Below, piece after piece: positions 1 through 10,238 of a DNA stretch of 64,000 nt. Below the pieces are notes generated by a model. That model had not been told where the DNA came from and ran no database searches. It saw nothing but the letters and a program-made list of their open reading frames with translations. The position numbers and the translations under genes are program-made. The stretch's first letter is position 1; each line of letters starts with the position of its first letter. The stretch comes from a bacterium (GTDB taxonomy: Bacteria > Electryoneota > Electryoneia > Electryoneales > Electryoneaceae): assembly GCA_963675295.2 (NCBI GenBank), contig CAXXKJ010000002.1, positions 896,001-960,000 on the forward strand. The letters are read 5' to 3'.

Positions 1-30
1 CAACCAAACCGTAGAAACGAGGACGAAGGC

Positions 31-1098
31 ATGAGCAGGATCAAGTGGGCGCGCCGCATCGTGGTCGTCGCGATGATAGCCCTGTTTGCTGCTGGCGCGG
101 GCACCGCGCAGGCGGCGAGTGTATCCCAGGCGGGTGTGTTGTTTCTGAAGATCTCTCCGGGCGCGCGTCCGGGTGGTATGGGTGAAGCGTTTGTCGCGTT
201 GGCCAATGACGCCACGGCGACCTGGTGGAACCCGGCGGGTCTGGCCTATGTGCCGTACAACGAAGTCACCTTGATGCATTCGAACTGGCTGCCGCAGTTC
301 AAGTTCAACGACTTGTACTACGATTTCGTGAGCTATGTGCATCAGGTCGAGGATTGGGGGACGTTCGGCGCGAACATCATCTTCCTCAATCTCGGTGAAA
401 GCATTCGTACGGACGAGACGGGCCGTGAGCTGGGCACGTTCAACTCCTACGAAATGGCGGTAACCGGTTCGTACGGTTCGCCGATCACCAACGACGAGAA
501 GATGGCCGTTGGTGTCAACATGCGCTTCATCTATTCGAACCTCTCGCCGGTGGGCGCCGGTTCGGAAAAGGGTACCGGTACTGCGACCAGCGTCGGTGTC
601 GACATCGGCTGGTTGTACCACACCCCGATCAACAAGCTGAGCCTCGGTGCGAACTTGTCGAACATGGGTCCGAAGGTTGCGTACATCGACCGTGCCCAGG
701 CTGACCCGCTGCCGACCAACCTCAAGTTCGGTTTCGCCTACCATCTCGTAAAGAGCCCGTACAACACGTTGACCCTCGTCGGTGATGTCGACAAGGAGCT
801 GGTGTACTTGAACGATGACGGCGAATCCGATCCGTTCTACCTCGCTCTCGTGCGTGCGTGGGGCGACGGTGCTTTCTTTGGCACGTTGATCTACCACACC
901 GGTATGGAATACTGGTACAGCGATCTCGTCGGCCTCCGTGTCGGGTACTGGAACGACGAGCTGGGTAAGGTGAAGCCGATCACGTTCGGTGCCAGCCTGA
1001 AGTATTCGCTGTATCGCTTCGACTTCAGTTATGTCGCCGCCGGCGAAGGGCATCCGTTGCAGGATACGATGCGGTTCAGTCTGTCGATCGGGTTCTGA
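31..1098 (+). CDS. porV: PorV/PorQ-family T9SS outer-membrane beta-barrel
   Basis: Signal peptide; FLKISPGARPGGMGEAFVALANDATATWWNPAGLA motif typical of the PorV family; C-terminal Phe; SD GAGG upstream. Confidence 0.8.
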   Translation: MSRIKWARRIVVVAMIALFAAGAGTAQAASVSQAGVLFLKISPGARPGGMGEAFVALANDATATWWNPAGLAYVPYNEVTLMHSNWLPQFKFNDLYYDFVSYVHQVEDWGTFGANIIFLNLGESIRTDETGRELGTFNSYEMAVTGSYGSPITNDEKMAVGVNMRFIYSNLSPVGAGSEKGTGTATSVGVDIGWLYHTPINKLSLGANLSNMGPKVAYIDRAQADPLPTNLKFGFAYHLVKSPYNTLTLVGDVDKELVYLNDDGESDPFYLALVRAWGDGAFFGTLIYHTGMEYWYSDLVGLRVGYWNDELGKVKPITFGASLKYSLYRFDFSYVAAGEGHPLQDTMRFSLSIGF

Positions 1099-1181
1099 TC
1101 CCGGCAGAAATCAGCGGTAAGCTCTGAAGCTTTCGTGCCCGTGTTGTAAAATTTCTGACGCGGACGGGCCGCTGATGGATG

Positions 1182-1206
1182 ATCCCAGACATGAATGTTT
1201 GGGGCA
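1182..1206. repeat. REP-like palindrome, family ATCCC-stem-GGGGCA (copy 1)
   Basis: ATCCCAGACATGAATGTTTGGGGCA; near-identical inverted copy at 10239-10264. Confidence 0.65.
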
Positions 1207-1327
1207 TGACGGGTAGTTTGGGTCAGATTCGGCTTTGAGGTGTTGAACCCGAGGTCCAGAGTCCGGTGTAGTCAGAAACATTGGCGCATGTGTGTGGAGT
1301 TCGCGCACCCATGCAAACGAGTAGATC

Positions 1328-4300
1328 ATGCACGCACGCAAAACGTTCGCATTTCTTTCTGGCACGATCCTTCTGCTGGCGGTGATGGTATTGCCGACGG
1401 TAGTGGACGCACGTTCGAACGGGTACGCTCCCGGTGTTGACCCGCGTCCGGTAATCGCGGGATTGCAGCCGGAACGCTCCGTCGCGAACATCGTTGACGA
1501 AGACTATTACACGCTGCCGGGAGAGTTGCCGGACACGTTGCGGGTGATGGCGATCCGGGTTCATTTCCAGCCGGACACGTTGTCGGCGACTTTCGGTGAC
1601 GGGGATTTCATGTACGATTTCCCCGACACGGTCAACCCGGACGGCTGGCTGCTCGATCCGCCGCCGCATGACCGGCAGTTTTTCCAGGATCACCTGCTTG
1701 CCGCGCGGAACTATTTCAGCAAGTTCAGCAACGGCACGCTGACCCTGGCCGGCTACGACGATGAGGACATCGAGGGCGGTGATGTCTATCCGAAGGGTGC
1801 GCAGGAATCCTACCAGCTCGATTATCCGATCTGGACGATCAACTACGGCAACGACGACGAACAGCGTTTGAACGAGCAACTGGTCAAGCTGTTCGCGGAC
1901 TCGTGGACCGCGGCCGATCAGAACGGTCTCGCGGACGATCTGGCGGCGGACGGCCGTACGATTGACGATTACGACCTGTTCATCATCTTCCACGCCGGTT
2001 CGGGCAACGAGTTTGATACCGGGTACGATCTGACGCCGTTCGACATTCCGTCGGTGTTCATCTCCGAAAACGATTTGCAGGAGTTTGGCGGGTTGACCGG
2101 CGGTGTGGATTTCGCGGGCAGCAAGATCCCGAACGGCATCATTTTGCCAGAAACGCAGCGTCAGCTCGGAACGGATGTCGGCATGCACGGCACCGTCGTC
2201 GCGCAGCTTGGGTTCGCGATTGGGTTGCCGCACCTGTACAACACCGAGACCGGCGACGCCGGTATCGGCATGCTCGGCCTGATGGATCGTGGGTTCGGCG
2301 CGTTCTACGGTACGATTCCGATTCCGCCGAGTGCGTGGTCGCGCATCTTCATGCGTTGGGATGAACCGGTGACGGTCAGCAGTTTCACGTCAATCGACAC
2401 TGTGCGCCTGGGCGCGTTGCATTTGCCGGACAGTGTGTTCAGCGACAACCTTGACGATCCGGACAATGTGGTCCGTTTGCTGCGGATTCCGATCAACGAC
2501 ACCGAGTATTACCTCGCCGAAGTGCGCAATCGTGATCCGGAAGAGGACAGCCTGAGTTACGGCTGGGATCGTGACGGCCGCATGATCACGTTCTACGACG
2601 ACTATTCCTGGGAAGTGGAAGACGGCTTCCGTGTTGCGGTGACCTACAGCGATTACGACTTCGACCTGCCTTCGTCCGGCGTGTTGCTGTGGCACATTGA
2701 CGACCAATTGATCCGCAACCGGTATGCTGACGACCGCATCCAGAACGATTTCGACAAACGCGGCATCCGTCTGCAGGAAGCGGACGGAACGTGGGATATT
2801 GGCAAGGATTATCCGTTCCTGACCGTCGGCGACGGCACCGAACTCGGGTGGGCCGACGACGCGTTTTACCGGGATAACGATTCGTGGTCGGACGCCAACC
2901 GTCCACTGTTCAACCCGGAATTCTCGACAAACACGAACCCGTCCAGCACCAGCAACGACGGCGGTGAAACACACCTGACGATTAACCGTTTCAGCGACAT
3001 TGCGGATACGATGACCTTCCGCATCACCAACGGCTGGATTCAGGATGGTTTTCCAATTGAGTTGGAACACGTATCGGATCTCAGTTCGGGTGACATAAAC
3101 GGCGATGGCGTGGACGAAATCATTGTCTACGGTTTCGACAGCTCGCTGAACACGGTTTTCGCATTCGACAGTTCGGGTGCGTTCCTGGACGGTTTCACCA
3201 GCACTATCGGCAGCGGTTTGACGGCGGTCGCCGACCTCGATTCCGACGGCGACGATGAAATCATCGCAACGCTGCGCAACAGGATTATCGTGGGCGACTA
3301 CAATCTCGATTCGCAGTCTTTCGATGTGACATCCTATTCGAGAGACGGCGATCCCTTTGCGCTGACGCCGGTTTCCGCACTTTCTGTCGCCGACCACCCC
3401 GATGGTCCGGTTGTGATTGAAGTCCTGGACGAAACAGAGTTTGACCAGACCAGTGTTCTCGCGGTGCGTTATTCAGATGGAAACGATCAATACCTGATCG
3501 ATGAGGCCTTTGATCGCAACGCCGTACCGGAATCGGCTTGTTTCCTGCTGACCGCAGCGGCTGGTGAAAGTGGCCCGGACGCAGTCGTGTGGTTCGAGGA
3601 CACACAGGTCGCGTGGATTGACCTTGACGCCGGTACGGTTGAGTTGGGCTGGATCACGGAAGACCCGGAACCGGACCCTGTGCCGGGTACGCGTGTTCTT
3701 ACCGATGCTATCGCCGCCGACTTCGACGGTGACGGCGAAACTGAATACATCGGCACGCTGGAAGAGGGGCGCCTGCTGTTCTTCGAGTTCGTCAATGGTC
3801 AACCGGTCGGCCGCAGTGTCGACGTGGATGACATGCCCTCCGCGTTGCGTGTGCTCGACCTCGACCATGACGGCGACCTGGAACCGGCGTGGCTCGACAT
3901 GAGCAGCAAAGAGATCGTGTCCGTCGAGCGGGACGGTCTGCTCGCCGAAGGGACGCCGTTCCAGCTGAGCCGCAAGGGTGGAGACGCGCACGACGGCCAG
4001 TCGATCATCTTCGATTCCGACGGCGACGGAAACCTCGAGTGGTTCATGATCACCGAGGGCGACGGCAACAGCCTGCTGCTGTCGGCTTACGACTTGTCCG
4101 ACGGCCAGTTGCTGCCGGGCTTCCCGTTGCCGCTGCCGGACGCTTCCTCGATTGGCGAGTACAGCATGATCGCCGCGAACATCGACTCCGACGACAGCAT
4201 GGAGTTGATCGTTGCGAGTGGTGCGCCGAACACAACCGCGATGCGGATCACAGCGTACGACCTGCCCGGCTTCTCTGGTGAGAAGGAGGTCGCGTGGGGC

Positions 4301-4651
4301 GAGCCGGACGGTGATCCGGCGAACACGCGCCGTGTGTCGCTGGACCTGAGCAGCATCGGCGGCGTAGCGAATTTCACGATGGACGACGCCTACTGCTGGC
4401 CGAATCCGGTGCTGGCGGAGGATATCGCGCATTTCCGTTTCCCGAATCGTGGTTCAGAAGCCGAGGTGACGGTTTACGACATCGCCGGCCGTAAGCAGCT
4501 GTCCAAGCGTAGCACGTGGCAGGGTGCGGGGTTGGGTACGGACGAGGCCGAGTTGGAACTGGATGTGTCGGCGTTGCCGTCCGGCGTGTATGTGGCCCGG
4601 CTGGAGGTCGGGGGTGAGGTCAAACTGATACGATTTTCCGTGGTGAATTGA
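1328..4651 (+). CDS. Secreted protein: M6 (immune inhibitor A)-like domain with degenerate zinc motif, FG-GAP/VCBS repeats and T9SS C-terminal domain
   Basis: Signal peptide; IIFHAG, GLPHLY, LM Met-turn and GVLLWHID motifs; DxDGDG repeats; C-terminal WPNP...YDIAGR...SGVY. Confidence 0.75.
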   Translation: MHARKTFAFLSGTILLLAVMVLPTVVDARSNGYAPGVDPRPVIAGLQPERSVANIVDEDYYTLPGELPDTLRVMAIRVHFQPDTLSATFGDGDFMYDFPDTVNPDGWLLDPPPHDRQFFQDHLLAARNYFSKFSNGTLTLAGYDDEDIEGGDVYPKGAQESYQLDYPIWTINYGNDDEQRLNEQLVKLFADSWTAADQNGLADDLAADGRTIDDYDLFIIFHAGSGNEFDTGYDLTPFDIPSVFISENDLQEFGGLTGGVDFAGSKIPNGIILPETQRQLGTDVGMHGTVVAQLGFAIGLPHLYNTETGDAGIGMLGLMDRGFGAFYGTIPIPPSAWSRIFMRWDEPVTVSSFTSIDTVRLGALHLPDSVFSDNLDDPDNVVRLLRIPINDTEYYLAEVRNRDPEEDSLSYGWDRDGRMITFYDDYSWEVEDGFRVAVTYSDYDFDLPSSGVLLWHIDDQLIRNRYADDRIQNDFDKRGIRLQEADGTWDIGKDYPFLTVGDGTELGWADDAFYRDNDSWSDANRPLFNPEFSTNTNPSSTSNDGGETHLTINRFSDIADTMTFRITNGWIQDGFPIELEHVSDLSSGDINGDGVDEIIVYGFDSSLNTVFAFDSSGAFLDGFTSTIGSGLTAVADLDSDGDDEIIATLRNRIIVGDYNLDSQSFDVTSYSRDGDPFALTPVSALSVADHPDGPVVIEVLDETEFDQTSVLAVRYSDGNDQYLIDEAFDRNAVPESACFLLTAAAGESGPDAVVWFEDTQVAWIDLDAGTVELGWITEDPEPDPVPGTRVLTDAIAADFDGDGETEYIGTLEEGRLLFFEFVNGQPVGRSVDVDDMPSALRVLDLDHDGDLEPAWLDMSSKEIVSVERDGLLAEGTPFQLSRKGGDAHDGQSIIFDSDGDGNLEWFMITEGDGNSLLLSAYDLSDGQLLPGFPLPLPDASSIGEYSMIAANIDSDDSMELIVASGAPNTTAMRITAYDLPGFSGEKEVAWGEPDGDPANTRRVSLDLSSIGGVANFTMDDAYCWPNPVLAEDIAHFRFPNRGSEAEVTVYDIAGRKQLSKRSTWQGAGLGTDEAELELDVSALPSGVYVARLEVGGEVKLIRFSVVN

Positions 4652-7600
4652 TGCGTTTTCCGAACATAGACTCATCCCTGCGTCGCACTCTCTACGGGTT
4701 TGCCGCGGTCATTGTCAGCATCTTCGTCTTCGCGTGGCTCGCGTTCGGCCAGTACGGCATGGCGAACCACCCGGAGCTGGTGTGGAAGACGATGGAGACC
4801 GAGCATTTCTACGTCCATTACGACACAACCGCTGCGCGTACGGCGATGACGGTGGCGAAGATCGGTGACGAGATTTACGAGACGGTGACCACCCTGTACG
4901 AGTACGAGCCCGATACCAAGGTGCACCTGATCGTCAAGGATACGGACGATTACGCCAACGGCGGCGCGTACTACTACAACAACAAGATCTGGATCTGGGC
5001 GACACCGCTGGATTACGAGCTTCGCGGCACGAAGAACTGGCTGCGTGATGTGTTGACGCACGAGTTCACGCACATGATTCAGCTCGGCAAGGCGCGCAAG
5101 CTGCCGCGCAACATCCCGGCGGTTTATGGACAGGTGATGGCGTACGAGGAGGAGAAACGGCCGGATGTGTTGTACGGCTATCCGAACGTCCTCGCCAGCT
5201 ACCCGTTTGCGATGACGGTGATGCCGATGTGGTTCGCGGAGGGCACAGCGCAGTACAACGATCCGAAATTCCGCTTCGACTTCTGGGACAGCCACCGTGA
5301 CATGCAGTTGCGTACCCGCGCGCTGGATGGCACGATCCTCGATCTCGACAACATGGAAGTGTTCGGCAAGAACAGCATTGGCAACGAAGGCGTGTACAAC
5401 CACGGTTTCGGGTTGGTGAAGTACATCGCGGAAACGTATGGTGTCGAGAAGCTGCGTGAGTTGACCGAACAGCAGAGCAAGCTGACGCGGTTCAATTTCA
5501 ACACGTCGTGCGAGAAGGTGCTCGGGAAAAGCGGTTACGAACTGCACGATGAGTGGGTTGACTACCTGACGGCGCAGTACGAGGCCGACACCGAAATCAT
5601 CCGCCGCAACCTGGTCACCGGCGAGGTGATCGACAGTTCGGGCAACGCAAACCTGTACCCAAAGTTCGCGCCCGACGGCGAGACGTTGTATTACGTCAGC
5701 AACCGTGGCATGGATTACTTCAGCCAGCGAAGCCTGTATGCGCTTGACCGGGAGGTGGTGGACCATCCGGACAGCACGTTTGACGACGAGGAAGACGTCG
5801 AACATGATCCGGAGCTCACCATCAAGCAGGTCACGCACGCGTTCGATATCAGTGACGATGGCCGTTGGTTGGTGCATGCGAAAATCACGCCGCAGTTGAA
5901 CGAGTCGAACTACAGCGACCTGTACCTGTACGATCTGGAAGAAGAGAAGGATCACCGGCTGACCATCTCCGGGCGTGCGTGGGAACCGTCGTTCCACCCG
6001 GACGAAAACCGGATCGTGTTTGTCGTCAACCGTGACGGCACGCTGGATCTGGCAACTCTCGACTTGCCGGCGAAGGACGAATGGGCGGACATTAAGCCGG
6101 TGGTGGCGGATTCGATCCACCACCTGACGGAATTCAACGATGGCCGCCGTGTGTATCAGCCGCAATACAGCCCGAACGGTGAGAACATCCTGTTCGCGAT
6201 GAGTCTCGATGTCGGGCGCGATGTGATGGTCATGGACGCGGACGGTTCGAACATGCGTGCCGCGGTCCATGGTGATGGCGACCAGCGTGATGCCATCTGG
6301 GGCCCGAGTGGCCAGATCGTGTATTACGCCTCGGACGAGACCGGCATCTTCAACATCTATCGCCACAACCTTGCCACGGGCCAGACCGACCTGCTGACGA
6401 ACACGCTGGGCGGTGCGTTCTGCCCAACCCTGTCGCCGGACGCGATGACGCTGGTGTACAGCGACTGGCACTCGGACGGGTACAAGTTGACGCGTCTCGA
6501 CCGGCCGATGCCGATTCATCCGGACAGCGCTGCATACGGGCGGAATTATCTCGACGTGTTGCCGGAAACGACCTACGACGACACGGAAGTCGCGGTCCTG
6601 CCGAGCAAGAACTACAAGCCGATTTTCGAGAACGTGTTCTTCGTTCCGCGGATCGCGTGGGATTACGGCACCTTCAAGCCGGGTGTATACGTCTTCAGCA
6701 GCGATTTCCTCGAGAAGCTGAACTTCTTCGGCGGGTTCGACATGAACTCGCGCGGCGAGTTTGACGCCATCGGGATGCTCGATTTCACGGCATTCCGGCC
6801 AACGTTCTACACGTTGGGCTATTACCTCATCCGCAAGGACAGCGAGACGTTCGAGGATACGTACGTCATCAACGATCAGAAGCTGGACAAGGACGGCAAC
6901 CTGGTCCCGGTGTACGACAAGTACGGTGTTGACTACACGTTCAACCTGATGCTGTTCGACATCGGCGCGCGGATGACGGTGTTCCCGTTTGTCGACGCCG
7001 AACTGAGCACACGTCTCAGCCGGTACGAGGCGAACCTGAAGTATGATGACGGGACAACGTTCCACTACACGTACTTCCTCGGACGCACGTACCAGGCGCG
7101 GTTTGACTACAACACAATGCCGGCGATGATCAAGGGCAACGTGCACCCGCGCGCGGGTTCCGCGGCGCAGCTGACGGTTGCGTTTGAGGACAACCAGTTC
7201 ATCGACGGTTTCGAGGTGGACGCGGACGCGCTCACCTTGCAGGAAGTGTACACGCCGTACAAATTCTGGCGTCTCGAGGCGGACGCGACGCACTGGTACA
7301 ATCCGGTTGGTGAGTTGACGATGCAGCCGCGTGTGCGTGTCGGTTACCTCGACAAGCAGGTGGATCCGTTTATGCACCTGTACGCCGGCGGATTGCACGG
7401 GATGCGTGGCTACAGTTTCTACAGCCTCGGCGGCACACGCAAGCTGATCGGTTCGCTGGCCGTGCGTCATCCGGTCTGGGAGCCGAATCGGCCCCGCACC
7501 GGCTGGTTGCACTGGGACGGCATCTACGCCGGAGTATTCGGCGATGTCGGCGATGCGTGGCGTGAACGCGACTTCGATTCCGGCGAACTGAAGTCCGATC

Positions 7601-7809
7601 TCGGACTCGAGTTACGTGCCAAGTTCTACTCGTGGTATGGGTATCCGACGGCGGTTACCTTCAGTGCGGCGCGTGCGATGGACACGGTTACGGTGACGGA
7701 GAACGATATCACCACCGTGTACGATCCCGAGTGGAAGTTTTACCTGACAGTGCTATTCAACTTCGAAACGATATTTCCCTTTGGGGGAGCACAAGGAGAG
7801 CACCGATGA
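4651..7809 (+). CDS. Gluzincin (MA-like) peptidase, TolB-like beta-propeller and Omp85/BamA-like C-terminal barrel
   Basis: HEFTH plus WFAEG; PD40-type repeats (PKFAPDG, PQYSPNG, PTLSPD); GGxxGMRGY and FGDVGDAW Omp85-type motifs; ATG overlaps the upstream TGA. Confidence 0.75.
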   Translation: MRFPNIDSSLRRTLYGFAAVIVSIFVFAWLAFGQYGMANHPELVWKTMETEHFYVHYDTTAARTAMTVAKIGDEIYETVTTLYEYEPDTKVHLIVKDTDDYANGGAYYYNNKIWIWATPLDYELRGTKNWLRDVLTHEFTHMIQLGKARKLPRNIPAVYGQVMAYEEEKRPDVLYGYPNVLASYPFAMTVMPMWFAEGTAQYNDPKFRFDFWDSHRDMQLRTRALDGTILDLDNMEVFGKNSIGNEGVYNHGFGLVKYIAETYGVEKLRELTEQQSKLTRFNFNTSCEKVLGKSGYELHDEWVDYLTAQYEADTEIIRRNLVTGEVIDSSGNANLYPKFAPDGETLYYVSNRGMDYFSQRSLYALDREVVDHPDSTFDDEEDVEHDPELTIKQVTHAFDISDDGRWLVHAKITPQLNESNYSDLYLYDLEEEKDHRLTISGRAWEPSFHPDENRIVFVVNRDGTLDLATLDLPAKDEWADIKPVVADSIHHLTEFNDGRRVYQPQYSPNGENILFAMSLDVGRDVMVMDADGSNMRAAVHGDGDQRDAIWGPSGQIVYYASDETGIFNIYRHNLATGQTDLLTNTLGGAFCPTLSPDAMTLVYSDWHSDGYKLTRLDRPMPIHPDSAAYGRNYLDVLPETTYDDTEVAVLPSKNYKPIFENVFFVPRIAWDYGTFKPGVYVFSSDFLEKLNFFGGFDMNSRGEFDAIGMLDFTAFRPTFYTLGYYLIRKDSETFEDTYVINDQKLDKDGNLVPVYDKYGVDYTFNLMLFDIGARMTVFPFVDAELSTRLSRYEANLKYDDGTTFHYTYFLGRTYQARFDYNTMPAMIKGNVHPRAGSAAQLTVAFEDNQFIDGFEVDADALTLQEVYTPYKFWRLEADATHWYNPVGELTMQPRVRVGYLDKQVDPFMHLYAGGLHGMRGYSFYSLGGTRKLIGSLAVRHPVWEPNRPRTGWLHWDGIYAGVFGDVGDAWRERDFDSGELKSDLGLELRAKFYSWYGYPTAVTFSAARAMDTVTVTENDITTVYDPEWKFYLTVLFNFETIFPFGGAQGEHR

Positions 7810-8825
7810 AGTACGGAAACCTCGCGCTGATCGCTCTGGCGCTGGTTCTGGCGGCGGCGCCGGTTATGGCCGTTGAAACGAGTGGCGAGTCGTCTGAAAT
7901 CTCACCGGTTTTCATGCGTGGCGAGATGCCCGCGCTGGATGAAGGCGTGAATCTGGATGAGTGGAATGAAGCGTCCCGCTTCGGCACCTCCTACAGCCAG
8001 TTCGATCTGAACCGCCGCCTCGCGGTTGGCCTGCAGGCTGATCCGGAAGACGGCGATGTGGAAACCGTCACCGCCGATGAGGAAGAGGAAGACCTCATGG
8101 CGATGGAAAACAAGAAGAATCCGGGCCGTGCGTTGCTGCTGAGTGCGATCATGCCGGGTGCTGGTGAGTTGTACGCCGGCAAGACCTGGCGTGCCGCCGG
8201 TTTCTTCGCTCTCGAAATGGCTGCCTGGGTCGGCGCGATTTACTACGCGCAGCAGGGTGAGGACAAGGAAACCGAGTACGAGAAGTACGCGGACCAGCAC
8301 TATCGCGAAAACATCTACCGTTCGGTGGAGTACGCGGCGGCGGTTGACGCTACGATCGGGGATCCATTCGACGGCGAACAAAGCGAGTGGGAAGGTCTTG
8401 AGTGGCAGGACAAGCTTGGCTACCTGCCGGACAATTTCACGCATGATCTCCCGCAGGAACGCAACCAGCAGTACTACGAGAACATCGGTAAGTACATGAC
8501 GCAGTTCGGGTACGGCTGGGAAGACTACATCAACGGCCGCAACGTAGACGATATTCTCCTGGACGCTGAAGGTTTCGGCTATGAGTGGCGCGCTTCGAGT
8601 CCGCTGGCCGATGCCTACATCGACATGCGCGACGAATCGAACAAGCTGCTCGACCGCAGCGCGAACTTCTTCGCGGTGATCATGGTCAACCACGTGGCTT
8701 CGGCACTGCATGCCGGCTTTACCGTCCGTGCGATGAACGAAGACGCGAAGGTCGAACCGGAACTGGGCATGATTCGTCACAACGACGAACGCGTCACGAC
8801 CGCCGGTCTGCGGATCCGGTTCTAA
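7806..8825 (+). CDS. Exported/membrane protein, DUF5683-like
   Basis: Signal peptide; KKNPGRALLLSAIMPGAGELY motif; start reassigned to ATG 7806 (SD GGAG, overlaps upstream stop). Confidence 0.6.
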   Translation: MKYGNLALIALALVLAAAPVMAVETSGESSEISPVFMRGEMPALDEGVNLDEWNEASRFGTSYSQFDLNRRLAVGLQADPEDGDVETVTADEEEEDLMAMENKKNPGRALLLSAIMPGAGELYAGKTWRAAGFFALEMAAWVGAIYYAQQGEDKETEYEKYADQHYRENIYRSVEYAAAVDATIGDPFDGEQSEWEGLEWQDKLGYLPDNFTHDLPQERNQQYYENIGKYMTQFGYGWEDYINGRNVDDILLDAEGFGYEWRASSPLADAYIDMRDESNKLLDRSANFFAVIMVNHVASALHAGFTVRAMNEDAKVEPELGMIRHNDERVTTAGLRIRF

Positions 8826-8932
8826 ACCCGGGCGTTGCAGTACATTGCTTGTGAATCACGTCTCGCCACGGACACATGTTGTGTGCCCGTGGCGGGGCGA
8901 GCTGTTCAACCACCGATCAATTCGAGCGTTCG

Positions 8933-9766
8933 ATGTTCCGACCTGTCACCGTGATCCTGTTGCTGTTGCTGCTCGCCGTGCCCCTGTTTGCCGGTGACGG
9001 CGGAACGCCTATCCCGTGGCGTGACGGGGTGTCCACATCTTCCCTGCTGTCCGGCGATGATCCTGATCCGGAAATTGCGTCGGTCGAACAGATCTCGGCG
9101 TTTCTCGCGGACGGCCAGAAGCCGCCGGAGCGTGGATTCGACGAAGAGCAGGGGCAGGTGTATTCTGTCGGCCTGTCAGAGGACGAACGCGCGTACCTGA
9201 CGAAGAAACCGTCCGAGGCGTTCCTGCGGTCGGCGGTGTTGCCGGGTTGGGGTCAACGGTACGGCGAACGGAATTTCCGTGGGGCGGTCTTCTCCGGCGT
9301 TGAGGTCGGGTTGTGGACAGCGCTGCTGCTAACCCGCCAGGACTGGATCGAGGGCGAGGACGATTACATGACCTTCGCCCGCCAGCACGCCGGCGTTTCG
9401 GGATCGCCTGACCACCAGTACTTTGTCGACATCGGCAACTACAACACGATGGACGAGTTCAACGAAGCCCAGCGTGCACAACGACAGTACGCCGACCAGT
9501 ACCGCAGCTCGAGCTCATACTGGGAGTGGGATTCGTCGAAGAACCGGGAACGGTTCAAGGATATCCGTATCGACGCGGACGCGTCCAAACGGCGGATCTA
9601 CTACTTCGTCGGCGGGTTGGTGCTCAACCGTGTGCTGTCGTCAATTGACGCATCCCGTGGCCTCGCCAAGCGTCAAAAAGAGCTGAAGGAGAAGGAAGAC
9701 GGATTCAGCTTCGGCATCGGCTACAACGCGTACACTCGTGGTCCAGCGCTGACCATCGGCTGGTGA
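8933..9766 (+). CDS. DUF5683-like protein, paralog of the upstream gene
   Basis: Signal peptide; AFLRSAVLPGWGQRY motif; QYFVDIGNY resembles QYYENIGKY of the neighbour. Confidence 0.6.
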   Translation: MFRPVTVILLLLLLAVPLFAGDGGTPIPWRDGVSTSSLLSGDDPDPEIASVEQISAFLADGQKPPERGFDEEQGQVYSVGLSEDERAYLTKKPSEAFLRSAVLPGWGQRYGERNFRGAVFSGVEVGLWTALLLTRQDWIEGEDDYMTFARQHAGVSGSPDHQYFVDIGNYNTMDEFNEAQRAQRQYADQYRSSSSYWEWDSSKNRERFKDIRIDADASKRRIYYFVGGLVLNRVLSSIDASRGLAKRQKELKEKEDGFSFGIGYNAYTRGPALTIGW

Positions 9767-9826
9767 TCCTGACCGGCTGATACAATACAATCTTTCTATA
9801 CTGACGATGCTGCTGGGGGCAGATCG

Positions 9827-10207
9827 TTGGATTCCCTCATCACACGGATGTTGATCGCCGGCAGCTTGCTGCTGCTGGCGTTGGCCAGCGGCTACCTCAC
9901 GCACGGTCTCGGCCGCCCTCTCAACACCGCGCTGTTCACCGTCCACAAATTGAGCGCGATGGCGGCGATTGTGTTCGCAGTGCTGGCGTATGTCGCGGTG
10001 CGTCAGACGCTTACCTGTCCCTCACCCACTGGCATCCTGATCGCCGTTTCACTCTTGCTGCTGGTTGTGCTGCTGGTGACCGGTGGCTTCCTCTCGTTCG
10101 ACCGTTTTGCCGGTACCTGGCTGGCGACGGTTCACACCATCCTCGGCCCGGCGACAGCTGCGCTGTGGGTCGTGGCGATCGTGGTTTACTGGCGTGGCGG
10201 GCGGTAA
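9827..10207 (+). CDS. Small 4-TM membrane protein of unknown function
   Basis: Four hydrophobic segments, two carrying TVH; TTG start after GGGGG. Confidence 0.5.
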   Translation: MDSLITRMLIAGSLLLLALASGYLTHGLGRPLNTALFTVHKLSAMAAIVFAVLAYVAVRQTLTCPSPTGILIAVSLLLLVVLLVTGGFLSFDRFAGTWLATVHTILGPATAALWVVAIVVYWRGGR

Positions 10208-10238
10208 TTCGTACTCCCAACGGTACTCCTGAACGGCC

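Noticed and set aside
4672-7512. 946-aa antisense ORF and many similar long shadow ORFs
   Set aside because: They mirror well-supported genes, an expected artefact of high-GC codon bias, and carry no recognisable motifs.
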